This document shows, piece after piece, positions 30,295-39,348 of a stretch of 64,000 nucleotides of DNA. The notes beneath the pieces are model-generated. The model had not been told where the DNA came from and did not search any database. It saw only the letters and a list, made by a program, of their open reading frames with translations. The stretch is from an uncultured Actinomycetota bacterium (GTDB lineage: Bacteria; Actinomycetota; Actinomycetes; S36-B12; UBA10799). The translations under genes and the position numbers were made by a program. The stretch is from positions 33,296 to 97,295 of the forward strand of contig CAWFSJ010000006.1 in the NCBI GenBank assembly GCA_963818505.1. The letters run 5' to 3'. The stretch's first letter is position 1. Every line of letters starts with the position of its first letter.

Positions 30295-31847
30295 AGGCGC
30301 ACCTGGGTGGGATCCAGCGCCAGCGGCGACTCGGCCGGCAGCGGATGGTCTGGGACCCGGGGCAAGGTGAGCCGGAACAAAGCGCCTTGTCCGGGCCTAC
30401 CCCACACCGCCAGCCTTCCGCCATGCAGGCGCGTGTCTTCCAATGCGATGGAAAGTCCCAGACCGGTGCCCCCAAGCGTGCGAGCCCGCGCCGGATCGGC
30501 CCGCCAGAAGCGGTCGAAGACCCGGTCCAGGTCCTTGTCGTCCAAGCCCCTTCCGTGGTCGCGCACGGAGATCGCCACAGCCTCGTCTGCGCCCGCGACC
30601 CTCACCTCGATGGGCTGACTCTCGCCGTGTTCAATCGCATTGCTCAGCAGGTTACGCACGATCCTCTCGATCCGGCGTGGGTCACATGCGACCACGCACG
30701 GCTGTTCCGGGAGGTCAGTGCGCAGCTGGCAGCCCTGCGCCAGAGCGAGGGGCTGCGCGGCGTCCACCGCGTGTTGCACCACGTCACGCAGGTCCACCGA
30801 CTCGGATTCCAGCGCAGCCGCCCCGGCGTCGAACCTGCTGATCTCCAACAGATCGGTGAGCAGTAGTTCGAACCGGTCGAGCTGACCACGTAGCAGTTCG
30901 CTGCTGCGACGCAGACCCGGCGGCATGTCGTCGCGCTGGTCGTAGATCACGTCCGAGGCCATGCGGATCGTGGTGAGCGGCGTGCGCAACTCGTGCGAGA
31001 CGTCGGAGACGAAGCGTTGTTGCAGCCGCGAGAGGTTCTCCAACTGCCGGATCTGTGTCTGAAGCGACGCCGCCATGTCGTTGAACGCGGAGGCCAGGGC
31101 AGCTAAGTCGTCCTCTCCGCGCACCGGCAACCGCTGCTCGAGGTGACCCGCCCGCAGCAACTCCGCGGTCCTGGCCGCCTGTCGCACCGGCATCACGACG
31201 TGGCGAACCACGAGGAACATCGCCAGGCCGAGCAGCCCGACCAGCAGCAGGCCCGCCAACCAGGCCGTGGAGCGCACCAGGTCCAGCGCCCTCTGGAGTT
31301 CCCCATACGGGAACAGGTAGTAGATCTCGTAAGAGTTGTCGGCCCCCACTGTGAGCAGCGAACCCACCACCAGACCCGGCTCCCCAGGTTCATCGACCGA
31401 ACGGATGGTCGTATAGGTCCAGGCCTCTTTGCCCTCGGCGCGCACCTGGGCCCGCAGGTCGACCGGCACGCTGGCCACTTCCACAAGATTTGTACCCCGC
31501 TCGGGAAGGGCAAGCCCCGTCGCACTCGAGGCGTCCAGCAGCAGCACCTCGAAAGACCCGCCCTCGTTGCTGTTCACCAGCGCGTTCATGATGGCGTCGG
31601 CCAGGCCCTCGTCGGCCACAGGCGGACCGCCCTCACTGGCCTGTAGAACCACCTGCTGGGCCGCTGCCAGGCCCACGTTCGCCTCAGCGATGGACTTGCT
31701 GGTGTTGGCGTCCACCAGGCCATTGGTGACCCGGACCAGCAGGAAACCAAGTGCCGCCCCGACGAGAAGGGTTGCAACGACCAGTGTGGTCATCAACACC
31801 CGGAAGCTCAGTGAACGGCGCCACCTGTGGACCAGAGCGGAGAACAC
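30291..31847 (-). CDS. mtrB: sensor histidine kinase MtrB
   Basis: Two TM segments, a HAMP domain, the H-box FVSDVSHELRTPLT, and N/G boxes (LLSNAIEH, GGTGLGLSI). Confidence 0.9.
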   Translation of the reverse strand: MFSALVHRWRRSLSFRVLMTTLVVATLLVGAALGFLLVRVTNGLVDANTSKSIAEANVGLAAAQQVVLQASEGGPPVADEGLADAIMNALVNSNEGGSFEVLLLDASSATGLALPERGTNLVEVASVPVDLRAQVRAEGKEAWTYTTIRSVDEPGEPGLVVGSLLTVGADNSYEIYYLFPYGELQRALDLVRSTAWLAGLLLVGLLGLAMFLVVRHVVMPVRQAARTAELLRAGHLEQRLPVRGEDDLAALASAFNDMAASLQTQIRQLENLSRLQQRFVSDVSHELRTPLTTIRMASDVIYDQRDDMPPGLRRSSELLRGQLDRFELLLTDLLEISRFDAGAAALESESVDLRDVVQHAVDAAQPLALAQGCQLRTDLPEQPCVVACDPRRIERIVRNLLSNAIEHGESQPIEVRVAGADEAVAISVRDHGRGLDDKDLDRVFDRFWRADPARARTLGGTGLGLSIALEDTRLHGGRLAVWGRPGQGALFRLTLPRVPDHPLPAESPLALDPTQVRL

Positions 31848-31850
31848 GGA

Positions 31851-32534
31851 TCAGCCCGTGTCGTCGCACGCCTTGTACCCGACGCCACGCACGGTCAGGA
31901 CCAGTTCCGGGTTCTCCGGGTCGTGCTCGATCTTGGAGCGCAACCGTTGCACGTGGACGTTGACCAGACGCGTGTCGGCTGGGTGCCGGTAGCCCCACAC
32001 CTCTTGCAGGAGCACCTCACGGCTGAACACCTGCCACGGCTTGCGGGTCAAGCAGACGAGCAGATCGAACTCCAGTGGGGTCAGCTCGATGGTCTTGTCA
32101 CCTCGGCGCACACTGTGCCCGGCCACATCGATGGTGAGATCACCGATATGCAGGATCTCAGGTTTGGCGTCCTCGAGGCGTCGCAGCCGGGTCCGGATCC
32201 GCGCGACCAGTTCCTTGGCCTTGAACGGTTTGACCACGTAGTCGTCGGCACCTGACTCGAGGCCCAGGACCACATCGACGGTGTCCGTCTTGGCCGTGAG
32301 CATCACGATGGGGACGCCGCTCTCGGCCCGGATCGACTTGCACACCTCGATGCCGTCCTTGCCAGGCAGCATGACGTCGAGCAGGACCAGATCCGGCCGG
32401 GTGTGGTGGAAAGCCTCCATGGCCCGGGATCCGTCGGCGACGAAGAACGGCTCGAAACCGTCAGCTTGCAGGACGATCCCCAGCATTTCGGACAACGCAG
32501 GATCGTCGTCCACGACCAGAATCCGCCCCTTCAC
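31851..32534 (-). CDS. mtrA: OmpR-family response regulator MtrA
   Basis: GTG at 32534 (VKGRILVVDDDPALSEMLGIVL...), phospho-acceptor region LVLLDVMLPG, and a winged-helix C-terminus (LTPLEFDLL...VRGVGY). Confidence 0.9.
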   Translation of the reverse strand: MKGRILVVDDDPALSEMLGIVLQADGFEPFFVADGSRAMEAFHHTRPDLVLLDVMLPGKDGIEVCKSIRAESGVPIVMLTAKTDTVDVVLGLESGADDYVVKPFKAKELVARIRTRLRRLEDAKPEILHIGDLTIDVAGHSVRRGDKTIELTPLEFDLLVCLTRKPWQVFSREVLLQEVWGYRHPADTRLVNVHVQRLRSKIEHDPENPELVLTVRGVGYKACDDTG

Positions 32535-32598
32535 ATCCCCACTATTGCAGACCAAGGCGGACCTGCGCGGGACCTGTGCAGGGCCGCTTCGCCGGAGT

Positions 32599-33372
32599 TC
32601 AGCCCAGGAGGAACAGGATCCCGATGGCACCGGGCAGGTTGTTGGTCATGTGAGCGACGATCGCCGTCGTGGTGTTGTTCCTGTGGATACGTGCCCAACC
32701 CAGGATCAGGCCGATGGCGAACAGCAGCGCGAACCGGATCGGCTCGAGGTGCATCGCCGCGAACAGGGCCGCGGTGATGACGACCGCAAGCCACTTGCTC
32801 ATACCCCGCTTGAGCAGACTTGTGAGAAGCAGGCCCCGGTAGCACAACTCCTCGACGATGGGCGCCCCGAAGCCGACGGCCAGGGCGAAGAAGAAGCGGG
32901 CCACGGGGAAGTCGTTGAGGTTGGCCGCGACCTCCCCCGCGCTGGAGTCGAACTCACCGAACAGTGCCGTGAGTCCGGCCGCGATCATCGAGGCGGCGAT
33001 GAGTGCGGCGAACCCGTAGAGCAGACCCCACCCGACGTCCGCCCATCGCACACGCAACCCGAAATCCAGCCGGATCCCGTTACCTCGCAGCCGGGACACA
33101 AGCCACGGCCAGCCGCCCATCCCGAGCCACGGGAGCACGACCCCGACCAGCAGCAACCACGCGAATGCCGCGGTGCCTTCCTGCGCCATCAAGATGGGCA
33201 CCCCGGACACCACACTGAAGATCAGCCACAGGGCCACGGCGATCAGGAAGTCGGGAAATCCCCAACTCGGCTTGCGAACAGGGATCCGCTGCCACCAGGC
33301 AGCAATGGCAGCGTCGCTGGCCCCCGGGTACGGGGATTGGAGCTCAGTCGTGCTCGGCAGTGGGCTGGTCAT
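32599..33372 (-). CDS. CPBP-family intramembrane glutamic endopeptidase (CAAX protease-like)
   Basis: ATG at 33372 (MTSPLPST...). CPBP motifs EELCYRG, FAAMH and HMTNN are present, with multiple TM segments. Confidence 0.8.
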   Translation of the reverse strand: MTSPLPSTTELQSPYPGASDAAIAAWWQRIPVRKPSWGFPDFLIAVALWLIFSVVSGVPILMAQEGTAAFAWLLLVGVVLPWLGMGGWPWLVSRLRGNGIRLDFGLRVRWADVGWGLLYGFAALIAASMIAAGLTALFGEFDSSAGEVAANLNDFPVARFFFALAVGFGAPIVEELCYRGLLLTSLLKRGMSKWLAVVITAALFAAMHLEPIRFALLFAIGLILGWARIHRNNTTTAIVAHMTNNLPGAIGILFLLG

Positions 33373-33376
33373 GCGA

Positions 33377-34315
33377 TCACTGCTCGCCGGGTTCAGCGCC
33401 GGTCGGCTGCTTGTAGAGGTCCGGTTCGATGTACACGTACCTGGCCGTGGGCACTGCCGCGCGGATGGCGGCCTCGGCCTCGTTGATGCCGGCAGCGATC
33501 TGCGCTGCGTTGTCGTCCTCGCCAAAAACGACCTTCACGGCCACGAGCAACTCGTCGGGACCGACATGCAGGGTCTTCATGTGGATCACCTTGTCGATGG
33601 CCTCCGTGCCGGCCAGCGCGGCGCGCAAGGCCTCTTCCTGCTCCGGAAGAGCAGACTCCCCCACCAGCATGCTGGCCATCTCGAATGCCAAGAAGACCGC
33701 GATGACCACCAGCAGCGTCCCGACCGCCATGGCACCGAGCCCGTCCCAGCGGGCATCACCGGTCACTGTGGCCATGCCCACCCCGACAAGGGCGAAGACC
33801 AGACCGATCAGCGCACCGGAGTCCTCGAGCAGGACGACGGGCAGTTCCGGCTGTCGTGCGTCGCGGACATACCGGAAAAGTGTGCGCCGCCCCCGGGACT
33901 TGTTGGCCTCACCCATCGCGGTGCGCAAGGAGAAGGCCTCCAGGGCGACTGCGATCAGCAGCACCCCGAAGGCGATGCCGACGTCGCGCAGTTCTTCGGG
34001 GTGGGTGAACTTGTGGAAGCCCTCGTAGAGCGAGAAGATCCCACCGACCAGGAACAGCACGATGGACACGACGAATGCGTACACGTAGCGCACGCGTGAG
34101 TAGCCGAACTGGTGAGTCGGGTCGGCCGCGCGTTTGGAGCGTTTGCCCCCCACAAGCAGCAGGACCTGGTTGGCGCTGTCGGCCATCGAGTGGATGGCCT
34201 CCGACAGCATCGAGGAGGACCCCGTGAGCACGAACGCCACGAACTTGGAGATGGCGATTCCGACGTTGGCGGCAAGGGCCGCCAGAACCGCCTTGGTCCC
34301 GCCTTCGGTGCTCAC
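33377..34315 (-). CDS. cation diffusion facilitator (CDF) family transporter
   Basis: GTG at 34315 (VSTEGGTKAVLAALAANVGIAISKFVAF...). Six TM segments followed by a cytoplasmic C-terminal domain. It lies 4 nt downstream of the manA stop. Confidence 0.8.
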   Translation of the reverse strand: MSTEGGTKAVLAALAANVGIAISKFVAFVLTGSSSMLSEAIHSMADSANQVLLLVGGKRSKRAADPTHQFGYSRVRYVYAFVVSIVLFLVGGIFSLYEGFHKFTHPEELRDVGIAFGVLLIAVALEAFSLRTAMGEANKSRGRRTLFRYVRDARQPELPVVLLEDSGALIGLVFALVGVGMATVTGDARWDGLGAMAVGTLLVVIAVFLAFEMASMLVGESALPEQEEALRAALAGTEAIDKVIHMKTLHVGPDELLVAVKVVFGEDDNAAQIAAGINEAEAAIRAAVPTARYVYIEPDLYKQPTGAEPGEQ

Positions 34316-34319
34316 TGGC

Positions 34320-35396
34320 TCATCCTGCCACGCGCTGCGGATCGACTTGCCGTGCCAGCACCGCCCTGCCGGCCACCGCCACATCGACGGCCTCGTCCTC
34401 AGCGCACAGAAGCATGGCCTCTCCGGGGCGAAGCACGCCGTCTTGGGTGGTGACGGTTCCGGCCAGGCACACGATGGTCCTGGCCGACCCAGCAGCGGCA
34501 CGCACAGAATCGTCGTGGACGAGAAGCACTTCGAACGGTGCGCCCGCATGGGCGAACCGCGAGGTGCCGCCCTGCACCAACGGCACGCACGGATGGGGCT
34601 GGGCTGTCACGTCGAGGGCTTCCAGCGCCGGATCGACAGCGATCACTTTGCTGGTCAGCCCGAGTCGCAGGACGTTGTCGCTGTTGGTCATGACCTCGAT
34701 CCCGGTCCCACGCACGTAGGCGTGCACGGTCCCTGGGTCGACGTAGACCGCCTCCCCCGGTGCCAGCGTGCGTGAGTGCAACATCGCCGCCACGAACACC
34801 CCGGGATCGCCAGGGAAGCGGTCGAGCACTTCCTCGATCACCTGCTGCGCGTGCGCGTTGAGCCCCGCCCGGGCGAAGGCCGAGGGCAGGTAAGGGGCGA
34901 GGCGCGCCACGTCGGCGGGGTCCAGCCCCAGAAGGTGACGGATCCCCTGACCTATGTCGCCGTCATGCAGGCAGGCTCCAGCAGGTAGAAGCGGCCCTGC
35001 GAGATCGTCGAATACCGTTGCGCTGACACCAGGGTCACGGAAACCCTCGAGGATCACGAACGGTTCCAGTGCGATGAGCATCTCTGCCTTGGCGAAGGGG
35101 TCAGCCAGCAGCGTCGGCAGAGAGGGATCGGCACGTTGGGCCGCGAACCACTCTCGGGCGAAATCCGCGCGGGGATGGATCTGCAGGGACAGTGGGCGTG
35201 CGGCTGCCAGGATCTTGGTGAGGATGCCGGTCGGCGTCGCGGCCCTGCCGCTTGCGTCGCGCAGCGGTGACGGCCCGTTCGGATGGGTCCCGAACCACAG
35301 TTCCGCCTGCGGTTCACCGGTGGCGGCGGTCCAGGCGGCCAGCCCGTCCACAGGTCCCCAGTCGTAGGCCTGCAGGTGACCGTTCACGATCTGCAC
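34320..35396 (-). CDS. manA: mannose-6-phosphate isomerase, class I
   Basis: GTG at 35396 (VQIVNGHLQAYDWG...). Has the type-I PMI metal site context LSLQIHP. The position is equivalent to Rv3255c. Confidence 0.85.
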   Translation of the reverse strand: MQIVNGHLQAYDWGPVDGLAAWTAATGEPQAELWFGTHPNGPSPLRDASGRAATPTGILTKILAAARPLSLQIHPRADFAREWFAAQRADPSLPTLLADPFAKAEMLIALEPFVILEGFRDPGVSATVFDDLAGPLLPAGACLHDGDIGQGIRHLLGLDPADVARLAPYLPSAFARAGLNAHAQQVIEEVLDRFPGDPGVFVAAMLHSRTLAPGEAVYVDPGTVHAYVRGTGIEVMTNSDNVLRLGLTSKVIAVDPALEALDVTAQPHPCVPLVQGGTSRFAHAGAPFEVLLVHDDSVRAAAGSARTIVCLAGTVTTQDGVLRPGEAMLLCAEDEAVDVAVAGRAVLARQVDPQRVAG

Positions 35397-35400
35397 GCGC

Positions 35401-36570
35401 TCACCTGCCCTGGAGCGGATCGCGACTGCCGAAGCGCGGGTCGACGTCCCCGGCACTGGCCGAGGGGTCGCGGTGCTGCATCAGCGCAGCGTACACACTG
35501 GCGAAATCCATCAGGGCGACCAATTCGGCCAGTTGTTCTACGGGGTGTCCGGTGTCACTGGCAACGCTCTCGCAGGCGACTTCGTTGCGCTCGCAGGTCT
35601 GCACCACAGCGTCGGCAAGCACGGCGGTGTCGGGGTGTTCTGCCCCGTCGCGCACCAACAGGACCCGCAGACGCGGCGCGGGCTGATCGTCCAGGGTCCG
35701 GTCGCGGAAGATGTCCTCCTCGCTGAGCGGCACCGCCCAAGGCCCACGCAATAGACCCGCATGCGTGCGCACGGCCTCGGGCAACGCTCCCACGACGCTG
35801 GGCCAGTCGGCGTTCTCAGCCAACTGCCGACCAAGGCGCCTGGCTGCGACCACACCGACATCGCCGCTGCCCCAGACGACCGGCAGCCCCGCGGTGAGGT
35901 GGATGCTCAGTGCCTTCGCCGGATTGTCCGCGGTCGCCACTTCGGGCCCGTAGGCGATCGAGCCCTCGTCGAGCCGGTCAGCGGCGGCCTCCAGAGCCTG
36001 CCTGGCGTGAGCTACCAGGCCCATCTGACCAGCGAGCAGGATCAATGGCGCCGACAGCGACCAGAGCAGACTGCGTGCCTTCTGCACGTCCTGCAGAGCG
36101 CTGCGCCGCGATACCGGCCAGAAGGCCACCCCACGGGTGCGAGCGCAGGCCTCGTGCAATGGGGAGTCGGCCGCGCCGATCCCCAACACCGAACTCCCGC
36201 GGCGCTGGGCCTCGGCAACGAAGGTAAGGACCTCGGGGGTGCGCCCCGAGGCCGAGACTGCGACCACCAGGTCCATCGGCCCGATCCAGCCGGGCAGCGT
36301 CGGCCCGCCGAGGGCGAAGACCGGCAACGGGGAGCCCCGCCCGGCGACAGCGGCGAGCACCTCGCCAGGGGCGCTGGAACCACCTGCGCCGACGACGATG
36401 AGGCTGCGGGGCCTTCCTTGATCGGCCAGGGGCTCCAGCAGCGATGCGGAGTCGGCATGCAGCGCCGCACGCACGGCCGCTCCCGCCGATGCCGTACTGG
36501 CCAGCATCCGGTGGGCGTCTATCTCCACCAATCCGGCCGGGTCATCCAGCAGTGTGTCGTCGAGGCTCAC
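35401..36570 (-). CDS. SIS-domain protein (phosphoglucose/phosphomannose isomerase-like)
   Basis: 389 aa with a GTG start overlapping the Trm112 stop (GTGA). Two SIS-like halves (IVVGAGGSSAPGE, VVAVSASGRTPE). The position is equivalent to Rv3256c. Confidence 0.75.
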   Translation of the reverse strand: MSLDDTLLDDPAGLVEIDAHRMLASTASAGAAVRAALHADSASLLEPLADQGRPRSLIVVGAGGSSAPGEVLAAVAGRGSPLPVFALGGPTLPGWIGPMDLVVAVSASGRTPEVLTFVAEAQRRGSSVLGIGAADSPLHEACARTRGVAFWPVSRRSALQDVQKARSLLWSLSAPLILLAGQMGLVAHARQALEAAADRLDEGSIAYGPEVATADNPAKALSIHLTAGLPVVWGSGDVGVVAARRLGRQLAENADWPSVVGALPEAVRTHAGLLRGPWAVPLSEEDIFRDRTLDDQPAPRLRVLLVRDGAEHPDTAVLADAVVQTCERNEVACESVASDTGHPVEQLAELVALMDFASVYAALMQHRDPSASAGDVDPRFGSRDPLQGR

Positions 36571-36764
36571 GGGCTCTCAGGTTCCCCGACCACCCCGGAT
36601 GGGCCGGGGGTCGCCTGGTCGATGAGCATCACCGGGATCCCATCGCGGATCGGGAACTCGGCCTGGCACACCGAGCAGACCAGCGAGGAATCACGTTGGT
36701 TCACCGGTGCGTGCGCAGGGCACGGACACGCCAGAACGTCCAACAGCAGTGGGTCCAGATTCAC
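36567..36764 (-). CDS. Trm112-family small zinc-ribbon-like protein
   Basis: 65 aa. LLDVLACPC...LVCSVCQAEFPIRDGIPVMLIDQA is the Trm112/YbaR pattern. Confidence 0.8.
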   Translation of the reverse strand: MNLDPLLLDVLACPCPAHAPVNQRDSSLVCSVCQAEFPIRDGIPVMLIDQATPGPSGVVGEPESP

Positions 36765-36815
36765 CGTCCCAGCCTATTGGGTGGGCTTGGATCGACGGCG
36801 GCGCACACGACGGCC

Positions 36816-38195
36816 TCAGCGGTAGATCGCCAGCACCTCGTCGCGAAGGGCGGCCATCTGCTGCTCATCCGGAGCCTCTGCGTTGAGGCGCAACAGCGGT
36901 TCGGTGTTGCTCGGACGTACATTGACCCACCATGTGCCGCCATCGACGGTGAGGCCGTCAAGCTCGGAGAATGTGACGTCGCGGCCGGTGAAGTGGGCAC
37001 GGACTGCAGCCATAGCTGCGGCTTGGTCGGCCACCTCGGTGTTGATCTCACCGGACATCGCATACCGGCTGTACGCAGCGAGAAGCTGGGACAAGGTCGT
37101 GCCTTCCGGGGCATTGGACAGACTCGACATGACGTGCAGCGCGGCCAGCATTCCGCTGTCAGCACGCCAGAAGTCCTTGAAGTAGAAGTGCCCGGAGTGC
37201 TCGCCGCCGAACACGGCCCCCGTCTGGGCCATCGTCGCTTTGATGAACGAATGTCCCACGCGGGTCACGACTGGGACACCCCCGTTCTCGGCGATGATCT
37301 CCGGGACCGAGCGCGAGGTGATCAGGTTGTGGATCACCGGGGCCCCGGGGACGCGGCGCAACTCCTGGGCCGCGATCAGCCCGGTGATCGTGGACGGGTT
37401 GACCAGTTCGCCGCGCTCGTCGACGACGAAACACCGATCCGCATCTCCGTCGAAGGCCAGTCCGAGATCGGCACCGGAGGCCCGCACCGCGGCTTGCAGG
37501 TCCACGAGGTTGGCCGGGTCGATGGGGTTGGCTTCGTGGTTCGGGAACGAGCCGTCGAGCTCGAAGTAGAGCGCCTCGAGGTCCACCGGCAGTTGCTCGA
37601 AGACCACCGGCGTCGTGAGGCCGGCCATCCCGTTCCCAGCGTCGGCAACGACCTTGAGCCGACGGGTCGCCGGCGCCACCAAGCCGACGAGGTACGACGC
37701 GTACTCATGCAGCATCTCGCGCGACGAGATCTTGCCCACCTGACCGTCGTACCCGCCGACCCCGGACACAAGAAGTTCTGCGATATCACGCAGACCGCTG
37801 TCCTGACCCACAGGTGCGGCACCTGCCCGGCACATCTTGATCCCGTTGTAAGCGGCCGGATTGTGGCTCGCCGTGAACATCGCACCGGGCATGTCGAGGC
37901 TTCCCGACGCGTAGTACAGCCCGTCGGTGGAGCAGAGGCCGATCATGATCACGTCGACGCCGTGGGCGGTGACACCCTCGGCGAAGGCTGCCGCGAAGGC
38001 CGGGGAGGAAGGGCGCATGTCGTGACCCACCACGACACATCCCGCCTCCCGCAGGCGCAGCGCCTCAACGAAGGCCGCTCCAGCGGCTCTGACGAAGTCG
38101 GGGGTCAACTGCTCGTCAACAAGACCACGCACGTCGTAGGCCTTGATCAGCGCAGACACCAGATCAGCCGGGAACCCGGCAGGGGTTTGGCTCAT
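36816..38195 (-). CDS. phosphomannomutase/phosphoglucomutase
   Basis: ATG at 38195 (MSQTPAGFPADLVSALIKAYDVRG...). Active-site loop TASHNPAAYNG and metal loop FDGDADR. The 64 upstream codons of the track ORF are rejected. Confidence 0.9.
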   Translation of the reverse strand: MSQTPAGFPADLVSALIKAYDVRGLVDEQLTPDFVRAAGAAFVEALRLREAGCVVVGHDMRPSSPAFAAAFAEGVTAHGVDVIMIGLCSTDGLYYASGSLDMPGAMFTASHNPAAYNGIKMCRAGAAPVGQDSGLRDIAELLVSGVGGYDGQVGKISSREMLHEYASYLVGLVAPATRRLKVVADAGNGMAGLTTPVVFEQLPVDLEALYFELDGSFPNHEANPIDPANLVDLQAAVRASGADLGLAFDGDADRCFVVDERGELVNPSTITGLIAAQELRRVPGAPVIHNLITSRSVPEIIAENGGVPVVTRVGHSFIKATMAQTGAVFGGEHSGHFYFKDFWRADSGMLAALHVMSSLSNAPEGTTLSQLLAAYSRYAMSGEINTEVADQAAAMAAVRAHFTGRDVTFSELDGLTVDGGTWWVNVRPSNTEPLLRLNAEAPDEQQMAALRDEVLAIYR

Positions 38196-38205
38196 GGCCG
38201 TCAGG

Positions 38206-38565
38206 CTATTCGATGGGACGCAACACGCGCAGATGGCCTTTGCCACCCACAGTGAGTTGACCCGATTCTTCGTGGACCACCGCCGGGGCAGTCGTTGGCC
38301 GCGCCGCTGACCGCACGGCGTCGGCCAGGGCCTGTAGATCGTCGTTAGAGGGCAGCAGGGCATCCGGGTCCGGATCCAGGCGCACAACCTCCCAGCCGCG
38401 CGGGGCGGTCAGTCGGTTGGAATGCTCCTCGCACAGGTCGTAGGAGTGCGGCTCGGCGAACGTCGCCAGAGGTCCCAGTACCGCGGTCGACTCGGCGTAG
38501 ACGTAGGTGAGCGTGGACACGGCCTGGCGTCGACATGACGGCCGTGAGCAGCTGCGGGCATTCAC
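38206..38565 (-). CDS. DUF3499-family protein
   Basis: GTG at 38565 (VNARSCSRPSCRRQAVSTLTYVYAESTAVLGPL...CEEH...). It has the conserved position after the PMM gene, as for Rv3258c. Confidence 0.8.
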   Translation of the reverse strand: MNARSCSRPSCRRQAVSTLTYVYAESTAVLGPLATFAEPHSYDLCEEHSNRLTAPRGWEVVRLDPDPDALLPSNDDLQALADAVRSAARPTTAPAVVHEESGQLTVGGKGHLRVLRPIE

Positions 38566-38608
38566 GTGGCCACGGTAACCGGGGGCATCGGTCCCGGCCG
38601 AACCCGCC

Positions 38609-39085
38609 TCAGACACGCGGGTACTCCGGGTCGATCCGCTCTGCACCACGGCCCAGGAACACCCCTGCCAACTCAGCCAGCACATCCTTGAGCAGCCGGT
38701 TGCGAGTTGCCGGCGAGCCCGCCCGCAACTCCAAGGCCCAGCGGTACACCGTGATCCGTGCGCTGAGTCCCGCGTCGGCGGGGTCGAACACTGCCAGATG
38801 GGGCTCATCCGGCTCGGGCACATCGCTGACCGCCACCTCGATGAACTGCAGTTCGGGATGACCTGCGGTTAAGCGATCCCAAGCCACGAGCACCTGCTCG
38901 TCGAACTCGTCGGAACGACTGCGCGAGAGCGGCACAGCCCTGGGCGCCAGGGGTCCTCTAACACCACGGCCCCTACGGTCACGCCGCCGTGAGCGAGCCC
39001 GTGCTGAGGCTGAGGACCAGACGACGCCGGGACCTGCCTGCGCAGGGGTTTGCTGCCTGGCGCGATGACCCACACGCATCAACAT
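38609..39085 (-). CDS. Rv3259-like conserved protein (family often annotated as metallopeptidase-like; no HExxH here)
   Basis: RRRDRRGRGVRGPLAP...SRSDEFDEQVL...ITVYRWALELRA...LLKDVLAELAGVFLG resembles what I recall of Rv3259 homologues. The start is uncertain (ATG at 39085 or 39079) and no SD is visible. The upstream part of track ORF 38609..39163 runs into a repeat. Confidence 0.6.
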   Translation of the reverse strand: MLMRVGHRARQQTPAQAGPGVVWSSASARARSRRRDRRGRGVRGPLAPRAVPLSRSRSDEFDEQVLVAWDRLTAGHPELQFIEVAVSDVPEPDEPHLAVFDPADAGLSARITVYRWALELRAGSPATRNRLLKDVLAELAGVFLGRGAERIDPEYPRV

Positions 39086-39100
39086 GTGGCTGACTCTAAC

Positions 39101-39158
39101 GGGGGGTATGACAAAGGGTGGCTCACCACGCTGGCGAGCCACCTTTGGATGTCTGTAT
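39101..39158. repeat. 58-nt hairpin repeat, copy A
   Basis: GGGGGGTATGACAAAGGGTGGCTCACCACGCTGGCGAGCCACCTTTGGATGTCTGTAT. Identical to 39249-39307 except for one missing C. The stem is 39112-39124 paired with 39136-39147. Confidence 0.95.
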
Positions 39159-39170
39159 CCCAAGCCTGTT

Positions 39171-39240
39171 GGTTAGAGGTTGTGCTGTTGGTTAGCGAAT
39201 CCACGCGTTGTTTCGCTAACCAACGCCACAACCTCTAACC
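39171..39240. repeat. 70-nt two-tier palindromic element, copy 1
   Basis: Outer arms GTTAGAGGTTGTGC / (G)CCACAACCTCTAAC, inner arms TGGTTAGCGAA / TTCGCTAACCA, and 12-nt apical loop TCCACGCGTTGT. The same element recurs at 56826-56894. Confidence 0.95.
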
Positions 39241-39248
39241 GGAGCAGC

Positions 39249-39307
39249 GGGGGGTATGACAAAGGGTGGCTCACCACGCTGGCGAGCCACCCTTTGGATG
39301 TCTGTAT
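39249..39307. repeat. 59-nt hairpin repeat, copy B
   Basis: Perfect 13-bp stem CAAAGGGTGGCTC (39260-39272) / GAGCCACCCTTTG (39284-39296) around the 11-nt loop ACCACGCTGGC. It lies 42 nt downstream of the whiB stop on the minus strand, so it may act as an intrinsic terminator without a U-tract. Confidence 0.95.
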
Positions 39308-39348
39308 TGATTTCTCGGGGAAGAAAGTGGGAAGAAGCGCAGTTGACC

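Noticed and set aside
39171-39240. Integron attC-like site, suggested by GTTAGAG / CTCTAAC ends resembling GTTRRRY / RYYYAAC.
   Set aside because: The polarity is wrong. In attC the AAC/GTT triplets face the centre of the element, whereas here GTT/AAC are outermost. No intI integrase or cassette array is present.
39101-39307. Possible mini-CRISPR, suggested by two identical direct repeats of about 59 nt.
   Set aside because: There are only two repeats, they are far longer than CRISPR repeats, the 'spacer' is itself a palindromic repeat found elsewhere, and no cas genes are in the window.
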